DNA of 64,000 nt from the IMG/VR virus record IMGVR_UViG_3300013127_000002, positions 23,843 to 87,842 of that record, one strand, 5' to 3'. The translations under genes and the position numbers were made by a program. Below are positions 55,706 to 64,000 of this stretch, piece by piece (positions within the stretch are counted from its first letter, which is position 1; each line of letters begins with the position of its first letter). The notes beneath the pieces are model-generated. The model saw only the letters and a list, made by a program, of their open reading frames with translations, was not told the DNA's origin and did not search any database. The DNA comes from a virus.

Positions 55706-56828
55706 GGAGTTCTTTCTCCCACGCTGGTTTGGCTTCCTGGAAGGCGACCATCAGCTTGTTTCCCTTTTCGGGGTTGATGAACTGCACGAACCCTATTCGG
55801 CCTTGGAGGTAATCCATGAGAGCCTGCGGGGTTTTCTTACCGGCCTTCTTGTGCTGAGAACTCAAGCCGTGCCGGCTTGCATTGGTAATGATTGCACGTA
55901 ACTTCCGGTATTCTTCCTTCGGGATGTTCAACTTTTTGTTGATGACTATCCCGAGTACGCGTTTCCGAAAGTAGCTGTGCGGCGTACGTACCTTCTTTGC
56001 GTTTACGCGGTAACCGCATTCCCGGATGATTCCCCGCAGCCGGTACACGATTGCAGTTCGGTCTTCCTGGGACAGGAGTTTCCCGCAGGTGATGATGAGG
56101 TCATCCGAGTACCGCGTGTAGCACCAGTTCCATGGCGGCGTCAGTCCTGCGGTCAGGTCCAGTTCTGCGAGGTAGCTCTTTATGGCGCCGTCTAGGCGCC
56201 GATCCGCTACCAGGTTGCAGATGGCTCCAGATGCGGGGCTGCCTTGAGGTATCACGTCTTTTTTCCGGGTTCCATCCGGACCTATGGACACTGTAGTCAA
56301 GTTGGAGAGCAGGTCGGATACGTAGTGGCTGTATCCTATTTCCTTGAAGCAGTTGCGTACCCAGGACTTCTTGGTTGAATGAAAGAAGTCCTTGAGGTCG
56401 ATCTTGATGAACGTTCCGTACTTGGGACAGTCGTGCTTTTTCGGGGATACAGCATTCGGAAAACTGTCGCAGATAGGACAAGGCCGCAGATGTTGCATGA
56501 CTGCGGTTCGGATTGACCTCTGTTTACGGTATGCCGAAACGTGATCCCCCAGAGGTTCCTGCAACGGATTCAAGAGCCGCTTATTCAGGAGTTTCAAGGC
56601 ACGCTTCATACTCCCCTGTGGGGCATGGATGATCCGGGTTTTGTTGTGTGCCTTGGGAATGGTCCACGACTTGTAGAGGGTGTTCCGGTGCAGTATCAAA
56701 TGCCAGAGAGTCTTCGTCCGGTACTTCAGCAGACTGGCTAACGTGTAGTCGTCTACTACGGCTGGATTGGGGAGTCCGTCCGGGACGCTGATTTTCGTGA
56801 CTGATGATTTTCCGAATCCAACAGGCAT
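55698..56828 (-). CDS. retron-like reverse transcriptase
   Basis: IPK..RIIHAP, SAYRKQRSI..H, KIDLKDFF, PQGSPASGAICN, YTRYSDDLIIT, VNAKK, VLGIVIN. Confidence 0.92.
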   Translation of the reverse strand: MPVGFGKSSVTKISVPDGLPNPAVVDDYTLASLLKYRTKTLWHLILHRNTLYKSWTIPKAHNKTRIIHAPQGSMKRALKLLNKRLLNPLQEPLGDHVSAYRKQRSIRTAVMQHLRPCPICDSFPNAVSPKKHDCPKYGTFIKIDLKDFFHSTKKSWVRNCFKEIGYSHYVSDLLSNLTTVSIGPDGTRKKDVIPQGSPASGAICNLVADRRLDGAIKSYLAELDLTAGLTPPWNWCYTRYSDDLIITCGKLLSQEDRTAIVYRLRGIIRECGYRVNAKKVRTPHSYFRKRVLGIVINKKLNIPKEEYRKLRAIITNASRHGLSSQHKKAGKKTPQALMDYLQGRIGFVQFINPEKGNKLMVAFQEAKPAWEKELHG

Positions 56829-57364
56829 TCTTCATCCCCTTTCTGTTTTGGGATATCCAGTGCGATTAACTCTCTGCACTTGCTGTCCGTGAGTTGGCAC
56901 TCACCTGCGTATTTGTGCGACAGGTTTACGCACTGATAGCAAATGGATGGAATGATCATGTTCGGCGTGTACAGGCTGAGTTCGATCCCCTGGGCCTTTG
57001 CGGTTTTCAGGTAGGACCAGAGGTACCCTAGTTTTTTCTTGTACACGTACGTAGGGATGACGATTCGTTTTTCATTGAGACGCGGCATGGCGTCCTCGAT
57101 AGTTCTTCGGATCGTGTGGCGCGGCCTACTAGTCCTCGGTTCTGGGTTTCCAGTTTCTTCGATGACGATCTCTGCATCGCAGTCCATCTTCTCAAGGACG
57201 TCGAGCAACGCTTTGGGTGACTCGGCGACAAGCATGTACGGGAATACCCGCTTCCAGTAGTCGTTTTCGAAGAACGTAGAGGGGACGACGTACATCCGCT
57301 CGAACGGAAAGTACTCACGGTTTCGGAGTCGGCGCTGCCGAATCTTCACGCAGTAAATATCCAT
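56756..57364 (-). CDS. Cys-rich hypothetical protein upstream of the RT
   Basis: ATG 57364, 2 nt after the vWA stop; CYQC...GEC...C. Confidence 0.65.
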   Translation of the reverse strand: MDIYCVKIRQRRLRNREYFPFERMYVVPSTFFENDYWKRVFPYMLVAESPKALLDVLEKMDCDAEIVIEETGNPEPRTSRPRHTIRRTIEDAMPRLNEKRIVIPTYVYKKKLGYLWSYLKTAKAQGIELSLYTPNMIIPSICYQCVNLSHKYAGECQLTDSKCRELIALDIPKQKGDEECLLDSENHQSRKSASRTDSPIQP

Positions 57365-57366
57365 GG

Positions 57367-58749
57367 CTACTCCAGTTTCACGATCCGCGAGCCCATCGCG
57401 GGGTGGGATTTTCGACCTCCTACCAGGACCCAGATGACGGGGCACGGCGGAAGCCACGCAGGACAAGGACCTCCAGGAGACTCGATGGGGGCTTCTCCGT
57501 CTGTGAGTATGATCACCACGTCCCAGCTTTTTCGCATGGGCGGGAGTTCCTGCACGGAGTTATCCATGCGGGTTTCCAGTCCGAGGATGTACTGGAACGG
57601 AGGATTGAAGTCTGTCCCCCCACATGAATACCTGTAGTGGTTTTTGAACTTTTCCGGGTCTAGGTCGAGTTGCTCAACGTGTTGTACCGCGGCGTCAAAG
57701 TAGACGAGGGTGGCGCTGGCTCCTCTTTCGGCTTGCGAGATTCCTTGGAGCTCTCCCATGAAGGTCTGATAATCGTCATCCCCGATGGACCCCGAACTGT
57801 CTATCAGGACCGCCATGTTGAAGCTGAATTCCTTCTGATACCCGGTGTACGGCTCTATCTCCCCGGTCAGCGCCAAGGGGAACAGCGCAGGATTGGGGTA
57901 CGCGGAGCTCTCGGCGAGCTTCGATGACAGGGCCGTCTTCAGGTATCCTCGGAAGACTTGAGGCCACGGGACTTTTGGCTCTACGAAAATGCTGTCGATC
58001 CATGATTTCAGATGTGCGGGTACGGTTCCTCGGGATCTCTCGGTCTGCTCGATGGCTTTCTTGATGAGCATGTTGGATTCGCCGTGTGCAGTACTGATGA
58101 TCCTCTCGATTTCCGCGTCTGTCAGATCCTGAAGAGGTACGTTGATTACCGGATCCAGCATGGGTGCGGGACATTTCCCGACCAGGTCGGAAAACCACTG
58201 TGGGTAGGGCTTTCCAGGCTCCCAACCGTCGTTTTTCATGTCTTCCAGGAGTCGTGCGAGGTACTCCTCGAAGGTTTCACCTTTCGGGTACGGTTTCGGT
58301 TCTCGGTGTTCTGGGAGTCGGAATCGTTTGAACTCCTTTCCGTACGTCGAGAGTCCTGCCTCCTGTACGAAAGGTCGCAGAACCGTGTCATTAGCTGCCA
58401 TGTCTGCGGCTGCGTTGACGATCTCGTGGATCTGCTCGTATTTCTTAGGGTCCGCCATTTGAAGGCGGATTCGAAGGATCCGCTCCAAGTGTTTCAGTAC
58501 GAGGTGGGCGACCTCGTGCAAGACGACCAAGATCTGGAAGGCCCGCGGCTGTTCTTCATACCAATCGGAATCCCACAGGAACTTGTAGTGTCCCTCCTGG
58601 GTCAGCGTGACGGCACAGGTTTTCAGGTTCGGCACAGGCATTCGACCACACCCGTTCAACACTCTTCCGTAGAAGTTGTTGCCGGCGCGCGGATTGCAGG
58701 AGCAGAGCCACTGCAAAACGTCGTGCATAGCGTTAGCTTTACTTTCCAC
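57367..58749 (-). CDS. metallopeptidase-vWA domain protein (DUF2201-like)
   Basis: HEVAH...AADMAAN; MIDAS DSSGS, GGTDF, LTDGE. Confidence 0.85.
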   Translation of the reverse strand: MESKANAMHDVLQWLCSCNPRAGNNFYGRVLNGCGRMPVPNLKTCAVTLTQEGHYKFLWDSDWYEEQPRAFQILVVLHEVAHLVLKHLERILRIRLQMADPKKYEQIHEIVNAAADMAANDTVLRPFVQEAGLSTYGKEFKRFRLPEHREPKPYPKGETFEEYLARLLEDMKNDGWEPGKPYPQWFSDLVGKCPAPMLDPVINVPLQDLTDAEIERIISTAHGESNMLIKKAIEQTERSRGTVPAHLKSWIDSIFVEPKVPWPQVFRGYLKTALSSKLAESSAYPNPALFPLALTGEIEPYTGYQKEFSFNMAVLIDSSGSIGDDDYQTFMGELQGISQAERGASATLVYFDAAVQHVEQLDLDPEKFKNHYRYSCGGTDFNPPFQYILGLETRMDNSVQELPPMRKSWDVVIILTDGEAPIESPGGPCPAWLPPCPVIWVLVGGRKSHPAMGSRIVKLE

Positions 58750-58794
58750 GGCTTTCTCCTTATACTTTTAGCTGGTTGAGGACAGGAGGTTCTG

Positions 58795-59796
58795 ATGATC
58801 ATCGACCAGACAAACGATACGGGTTACTCGCGACTCAAGGTCATGCTGATGCAGTTTCCTGAGATGCGAGAAATGACCAAGACCGCAAACGTTGGTCCGG
58901 AGGAGTTTCAGGATCTTCCGGCTACGGCATTCGCGTGGCCCGGGTGTCGCCAGTTCCCGATTCACACGAGAGAACATGCCGCCATGTCCTTGGGGTACCG
59001 GAAGTTCGCGTCCGCGGTCCCGCAGGAAGTGGATATGATGTTGAAGAAGGCGGCGGAGCTCTACGAGATTGATACCAAAATATTCGACCAAACGGTGACG
59101 AAGCAGGCGTCCCAAGACCAGTGGCTTCTGCCCGAAAAGCAGCGGTTCAAGGTAGCCTCTGCCGGGGACGTCAAGTTCGCGGAGCGCGTGCTCCACGAGA
59201 AGTACGCAACCCTGTCTGTCGAAGACCGCACACAGGCGTTCTACCGGCTTTGCAAGTTTGCAGAGCAGTATGACGTTCCTCTGATGCCCGCCACGCACAA
59301 GCTCGCAGGCTTTACCATCACGAGTACGCGGATGCTGAAGTCGGCATTCGAATCTCGGGAGATGGCTGCCAAGAATCTCGGGTCAAATCTTGCCGCTGCC
59401 TACGAGAAGGTAGCGCAGATGTTCGACAACACGGATCCGTATCTGAAAGATCGGTCGTACCAGCTCAAGCTAGCGTCTGAGCTTGCCCGACTGGACCGGG
59501 AGTCGGGAGTGGACCGCTTTTACGGCAAGTCGATTCCTGATCCGGTTCGAACGGTCTTCAATATGGACAAGCTCGCATCCGAGCACATCAAGATCGGGAC
59601 CGGTATGTTGGCGAACAAGCAGCTCCTTTCGTCGCTCCCCCTGACCTTCTGGGAGGATGTTCTTGGTCCCGAGATCGCCCAGGAGATCGCCCCGTCTGGA
59701 GAAGTGAATCTCGAACTCTTGGAGCAGGTCCTGCCTACCCTGCCTGCGGACATCAAGGCGACGGTCCAGCGCCAGCTGGCGGCGTACAACAAGTGA
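58795..59796 (+). CDS. putative head morphogenesis/internal protein rich in KxA motifs
   Basis: FAWPG.R.FPIHT..HA; KTAN, KFAS, KQAS, KVAS, KLAG, KLAS; RBS AGGAGG. Confidence 0.6.
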   Translation: MIIDQTNDTGYSRLKVMLMQFPEMREMTKTANVGPEEFQDLPATAFAWPGCRQFPIHTREHAAMSLGYRKFASAVPQEVDMMLKKAAELYEIDTKIFDQTVTKQASQDQWLLPEKQRFKVASAGDVKFAERVLHEKYATLSVEDRTQAFYRLCKFAEQYDVPLMPATHKLAGFTITSTRMLKSAFESREMAAKNLGSNLAAAYEKVAQMFDNTDPYLKDRSYQLKLASELARLDRESGVDRFYGKSIPDPVRTVFNMDKLASEHIKIGTGMLANKQLLSSLPLTFWEDVLGPEIAQEIAPSGEVNLELLEQVLPTLPADIKATVQRQLAAYNK

Positions 59797-60566
59797 CCTC
59801 CTCCCTCGAAATCCTCGTCCAGAAAGCACCCGTCTTCCAGAATTACCTGGTAAAGACGGCGTCCCGGGAGTCCACCGCGCGTCAGCTTCTGTTGAACAGC
59901 GAGGGACATGCGGCGGCGTCTCTCTATATGGCTGTGCGCGTTCTGTACGGGGTAGACATCCTGCACTGGGAGCCGGAAACGATCTGGATGACTTTGCAGC
60001 ATGACGGGATCGAGCTTCCAGTAGTTTCGCGCAACAAGTTGATGGCGGCGATAACACTACAACTCAATCCGGCGTTCTATTGGGACAACATCGTCTTTCA
60101 GCATACGGTCCAGACACTCAACGACGAGTTGACCAACCCCGAGTCGATACAGGAGTGCCATCCTGCGCATATGGCGTGGGCGGTACACGAGGCAGGGTTC
60201 ATCCGGGGGTTGGACCCGCACGGTCACGAGATCCCGGAATTCGACGAGGACGTGCAGTTGTATATCGCGGTCTGTCTCAAGCGAGCAGGTTTTTTGATTC
60301 CCCCTAAAGAACTCGACAGCGAGGAGATTCAAAAGACCTTGGATTGTCAGTACCCCGATTGCCGGTTACCGTTAGAAGCAAAATACGCACGTAGCGAGGT
60401 GCGCGAAGCCTGGAACAAACTGCCCAAGAACAGGCTCCAGCATACTGAGTTTGCTGAAGACTCTCTTGGGGTACAGTTGTCCAGGCTTGCGTCCTGCTAC
60501 GTGTATGTCGAGATGAAGGCGGAAGAGCTGGCGTCTGAGATTAGTGACCTGAAGGTTACTACTTGA
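59793..60566 (+). CDS. conserved phage hypothetical protein
   Basis: GTGA overlap; WEPETIW motif. Confidence 0.6.
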   Translation: MTSSLEILVQKAPVFQNYLVKTASRESTARQLLLNSEGHAAASLYMAVRVLYGVDILHWEPETIWMTLQHDGIELPVVSRNKLMAAITLQLNPAFYWDNIVFQHTVQTLNDELTNPESIQECHPAHMAWAVHEAGFIRGLDPHGHEIPEFDEDVQLYIAVCLKRAGFLIPPKELDSEEIQKTLDCQYPDCRLPLEAKYARSEVREAWNKLPKNRLQHTEFAEDSLGVQLSRLASCYVYVEMKAEELASEISDLKVTT

Positions 60567-61791
60567 GCCCGGAATCTACCCTCTTCTGTCCGTCGTCCGC
60601 GCGTTTGTGTATCTCGACCCATTCAGGGAATTTGTTCATGGCGATCATGAGCTTTTGTCGGTATTCGATAGCGTTGTTTTCCTTCGATATGGTGTTCAGT
60701 TGGGTAAAGATCGACATGGACATGTCCGGAGTGAGTGTCTTCAGGAAGAGGACGAAGTTTCGAGCAACCTCGTCTACCGGGGGCTGGTCCGCAAAGAGCA
60801 TCATGAGCACCCCCTGCATAGCCTCGTGAAGAACTTCTTGCCGGCCGCTGTTGATGAGATCCACGATCTCGTCTTGCACTTTGGGGAACTTGAACAGTAC
60901 TTCTCTGGGGTCAATGGATCGGTCTTCGTCTCTCAGGAACGCGACGAGTTGGTCGGCGTGTGGAAGACCGATAGACGCGGCGTAGCGCATCCGCGCAAAG
61001 TCGCTTGTCAGGTCCATCCGTTCTTTTTCCATGAGGTACATGTCGAGGGAAATCGTTTGGATGGTCGCGGGACACGCGTATTGTTTCTGTGCTTTCTGCC
61101 CCTTGAAGTCGTAGAACATCGTTGGGTGCTGTTCGTAGAATTTGGTGAGGAGCGGATGACACGGCCGCGCGTTGCCCAGTGCGTGAAGGTCTGTCTGGTG
61201 AAACTCAGGAGTGATTGCGTGGCGCTTCCAGACCTCGTAGCTCGGGATAGCGTAAAACATCTTCAGCCGTCGGCGGAGTGCCATGTTGCTTTCGATCTGT
61301 GTAACCGCGTATTGTGCTGTATTCGGGTTCATCAGCCCAAGAACGAGGCAGTCATCCGGAAGCTTGTAGTTGAACATTTGACGATCTTCGATCAAAGAGA
61401 AGAACATGCTGATCGCGTGTTGCAACCCCTGGTTGATTTCGTCAAATACCAGAATGGCCTTCTCCCCTGGTTTAGGGAAGACGGACGGCAGGACAATGTC
61501 GAAGAAACCCCGGTCCTGATGTTTCACGGACGGGATACCCGCGCTCATCAGGCCCCAGTGTGCGGTTCGGACGTCGCAGATCTTTGCTCCGTATTCCCGG
61601 CTGAGTTGTCCACACAGTTGGCTCTTCCCGATGCCGGCCTCCCCGACCACGAGGATGGCGCCGCGGTGCTGGTTGTACTTCCACGTCAGGACTATCTGTT
61701 TCTTGATTTCTTCGATGCTTGCCCGGGGAATACTGTACAGGTCCGCGTACTTCTGGTCGTTCTGGTCGTGTTCCGGTTCTTTCTTTGCCAT
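60559..61791 (-). CDS. MoxR-family AAA+ ATPase
   Basis: Walker A GEAGIGKS, Walker B LVFDEIN, MNP sensor, ALRRR arginine finger. Confidence 0.85.
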   Translation of the reverse strand: MAKKEPEHDQNDQKYADLYSIPRASIEEIKKQIVLTWKYNQHRGAILVVGEAGIGKSQLCGQLSREYGAKICDVRTAHWGLMSAGIPSVKHQDRGFFDIVLPSVFPKPGEKAILVFDEINQGLQHAISMFFSLIEDRQMFNYKLPDDCLVLGLMNPNTAQYAVTQIESNMALRRRLKMFYAIPSYEVWKRHAITPEFHQTDLHALGNARPCHPLLTKFYEQHPTMFYDFKGQKAQKQYACPATIQTISLDMYLMEKERMDLTSDFARMRYAASIGLPHADQLVAFLRDEDRSIDPREVLFKFPKVQDEIVDLINSGRQEVLHEAMQGVLMMLFADQPPVDEVARNFVLFLKTLTPDMSMSIFTQLNTISKENNAIEYRQKLMIAMNKFPEWVEIHKRADDGQKRVDSGLK

Positions 61792-61838
61792 CGTTCTCCT
61801 CTTGTGGCCTTTGTAGCTATTCGCTATTTTGAGGGTGT

Positions 61839-63467
61839 ATGAAGACTAAACCTACAGCGCGATTCAGCGAGCTGGCAGAAGCATGGCTGAAGCTGGACGG
61901 TAGGTCGTTCCGCTTTGATTTATACCCCATGCACCGGGCCTTTTATGATGGGCGTTTTCGTCGCACGCTCTTCAAGACCGGTCGTCAGGTAGCAAAGTCC
62001 ACTTCACTGGCGAACTTCAACATCCTGGAGTGCTCAGTCATCCCGCACTTCAAGACCATGTACGTGAGCCCACAGAAAGAGAAGACGGTTATCTTCTCTA
62101 CTACGCGTGTGGCCAAGGTCATGCGCTATTCCCCGCATATCAGTCGTCGGTTCTTGACCTCAGACCTCTCGGACCGTGTTCTTCAGAAACAGTTCACGAA
62201 CGGCTCCGTGATGCACTTCATGTACGCCGATGAGGACCCGGAGCGTCTGCGTAGTATCTCGTCGGACCGGAATATGTTCGACGAGGTCCAGGACATTTTG
62301 TACGACCCGGTCATCATCATCGGAAACGAGACAATGGCCAACTCCAGTTACGGTTTCGAGACGTACGCGGGGACCCCTAAGACGATGGAGAACACCATCC
62401 AGAGTCTCTGGGAACAGAGCACGCAGTCCGAATGGGTGATGCGATGCGACGCGTGCAACACGCACCAGTTTGTGGACTCTGCAAAGTCGATGGGCAAGGA
62501 AGGGATCATCTGTCTCAAGTGCGGAGAGTACTTGGACCCCTATACCGGGCAGTGGATCGATTTCAACCGGCCGAAAGAGATGGATTATGAGCCAGCCTTT
62601 GCGATGCACGGTTTTCATATTTCTCAGCTCATCATGCCGGCGAACCTTCCCAAGGCGTGTGCCAAGCGGGGGTTTTCAAGTGCGATTGTTGAGAGAGCGC
62701 ACGAGCGGTGGACGCGCATTGTCGTGAAGATGAACGATCCGAACTACTCCCAGACACTGTTCAAGAATGAGGTCCTGGGAGTGTCGGATTCTCTAGGCGA
62801 GCGTATGATAACCAAGGAAGAGCTGGAGTCGCTTTGTGGAAACCGACAGCTCTTGCCGATTCCCAATAGCCTGCACGTTTCCGGATTCACACACATCGTG
62901 GCTGGAGTTGACTGGTCGGGCGGAGGGATGGACGGGGTTTCCCGGACGGTCTTGTGGATTTGGGGGTACCGACCGGCAGATGACAAGCTGGTTACTCTCT
63001 TCTACAAGATCTACCCGGGCATGAATCCGGTTAACTCTATCGAGGAAATCGCGTTCACGTGTAGTGCGTACAACGTTGCGCTGGTTGTGGGTGACGCGGG
63101 AGGTGGGGCAATAGCGAACAACCTCTTGCAACAGAAGCTGGGATATCATCGAGTGACTCAGGTGCAGTACGGAGCTCCCGCCAAGGCTCTGATCTTCAAC
63201 GGAGAAGACCGTTACATAGGAAATCGGACAACCCTGATCGACAATTATTTGATGCTGCTGAAGAACAAGAGAGCGGAATTCGGCAGGCTTCAAGATATGA
63301 CGATAGCGATCGAGGACATACTTAACGAATACGAGGAGCTCACGTCCTCAGGCAAAAAAGTATGGAGACACTCTCCGCAGAAATCGGATGACTGTCTCCA
63401 CGCGGGTGTGTTCGGGTGGATTGCACACAAGATTATTGCCGCGGACCTGCGGTTCTACCAGCGCTAA
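61839..63467 (+). CDS. terminase large subunit (gpA-like)
   Basis: GRQVAKST, DEVQD, GTPKT, CxxC Zn site, GVDWSGGG, DDCLHA. Confidence 0.85.
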   Translation: MKTKPTARFSELAEAWLKLDGRSFRFDLYPMHRAFYDGRFRRTLFKTGRQVAKSTSLANFNILECSVIPHFKTMYVSPQKEKTVIFSTTRVAKVMRYSPHISRRFLTSDLSDRVLQKQFTNGSVMHFMYADEDPERLRSISSDRNMFDEVQDILYDPVIIIGNETMANSSYGFETYAGTPKTMENTIQSLWEQSTQSEWVMRCDACNTHQFVDSAKSMGKEGIICLKCGEYLDPYTGQWIDFNRPKEMDYEPAFAMHGFHISQLIMPANLPKACAKRGFSSAIVERAHERWTRIVVKMNDPNYSQTLFKNEVLGVSDSLGERMITKEELESLCGNRQLLPIPNSLHVSGFTHIVAGVDWSGGGMDGVSRTVLWIWGYRPADDKLVTLFYKIYPGMNPVNSIEEIAFTCSAYNVALVVGDAGGGAIANNLLQQKLGYHRVTQVQYGAPAKALIFNGEDRYIGNRTTLIDNYLMLLKNKRAEFGRLQDMTIAIEDILNEYEELTSSGKKVWRHSPQKSDDCLHAGVFGWIAHKIIAADLRFYQR

Positions 63468-64000
63468 CCTACGTCCGCCAGCTCGTCCTTGATCTCCTGC
63501 TCGATGAACGCGTCGGGGTCTTCTGCGATCTTCTCTTCTGTGTCGATGGAAGAAAGCTCGCCGTAGGACGGTCCTGCTCCGATGTCCCACTTGAAGGGGA
63601 CAGGTAGCCACGGGTAGAGCTTGCCCACCTTCTTTACTCCGTAATGGTCTATCAGGTCTGCTGCCTGAGAGAGGTACTTTTTCGGGATCTCGAAGCCAAT
63701 CGAGTCATGCACAGTCAGGAGGACCTGCCCGCCGAGGTCATGTCGTAAGGGTTCGTCGATATCACAGAGTACTTTCAGAACAATGTCTGAGGACGTGCTC
63801 TGGATCTTGAAGTTCACGCCTTGACGTTCGGCCTTGTTTCTCATGATGAAGGGCAGGTTGTGGATGTCCAAGCGCCGCCGACGGCCGAAGTACGTCTCTA
63901 CCACTCCGATGGTACGTACCTGTTGTTTGGTCATCTCGACGTATGCTTTGATGGTCGGGAACATGCGGTCGAGTGTTTCGATGATGACCCGGGCCTGTTC
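63464..64000 (-). CDS. polA: family A DNA polymerase, C-terminal part (partial)
   Basis: ETYFGRRRRL, AERQGVNFKIQSTSSD, TVHDSI (motif C). Confidence 0.9.
   Translation of the reverse strand, partial: EQARVIIETLDRMFPTIKAYVEMTKQQVRTIGVVETYFGRRRRLDIHNLPFIMRNKAERQGVNFKIQSTSSDIVLKVLCDIDEPLRHDLGGQVLLTVHDSIGFEIPKKYLSQAADLIDHYGVKKVGKLYPWLPVPFKWDIGAGPSYGELSSIDTEEKIAEDPDAFIEQEIKDELADVG

Noticed and set aside
55698-56828. Group II intron or CRISPR-associated RT, or a repeat array next to the RT
   Set aside because: No maturase domain, no non-coding flanks, no cas genes and no spaced repeats nearby
54383-58749. Diversity-generating retroelement
   Set aside because: The RT lacks the DGR-type G...SQ signature, and I saw no TR/VR pair differing at adenines and no Avd-like gene (by eye; a self-dotplot would confirm)
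1-64000. Genome-wide TAG recoding
   Set aside because: Many genes end cleanly at TAG with the next gene starting right after; long genes are not fragmented under the standard code

Overview
This window is 64 kb of a large, GC-rich tailed dsDNA phage genome (jumbo/myovirus-like), almost fully coding. I found no CRISPR array, tRNA, rRNA or IS element. The + strand carries virion genes: a cluster of putative head-internal proteins sharing N-terminal K-x-A/G motifs and C-terminal glycine zippers, a tail assembly chaperone pair with a likely -1 frameshift, tape measure, tail fibres, baseplate hub with a lytic transglycosylase domain, amidase, gp25/J-like wedge proteins and terminase large subunit. 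A sigma factor sits among them. The - strand carries DNA metabolism and accessory genes: dNMP kinase, DinG helicase, family-4 UDG, class II RNR, RuvC-like resolvase and the C-terminus of a family A DNA polymerase. The most unusual element is a tightly coupled - strand operon: metallopeptidase-vWA, Cys-rich protein, retron-like reverse transcriptase with a Cys/His insert, Cys-rich 440-aa protein. A MoxR AAA+ ATPase lies nearby and there is no room for an adjacent ncRNA. Separately, an orphan ~140-nt multi-stem RNA candidate lies at 9276-9414, just downstream of a small zinc-finger gene interrupted by an in-frame TAG. All product calls come from motifs recognised by eye; no searches were run.
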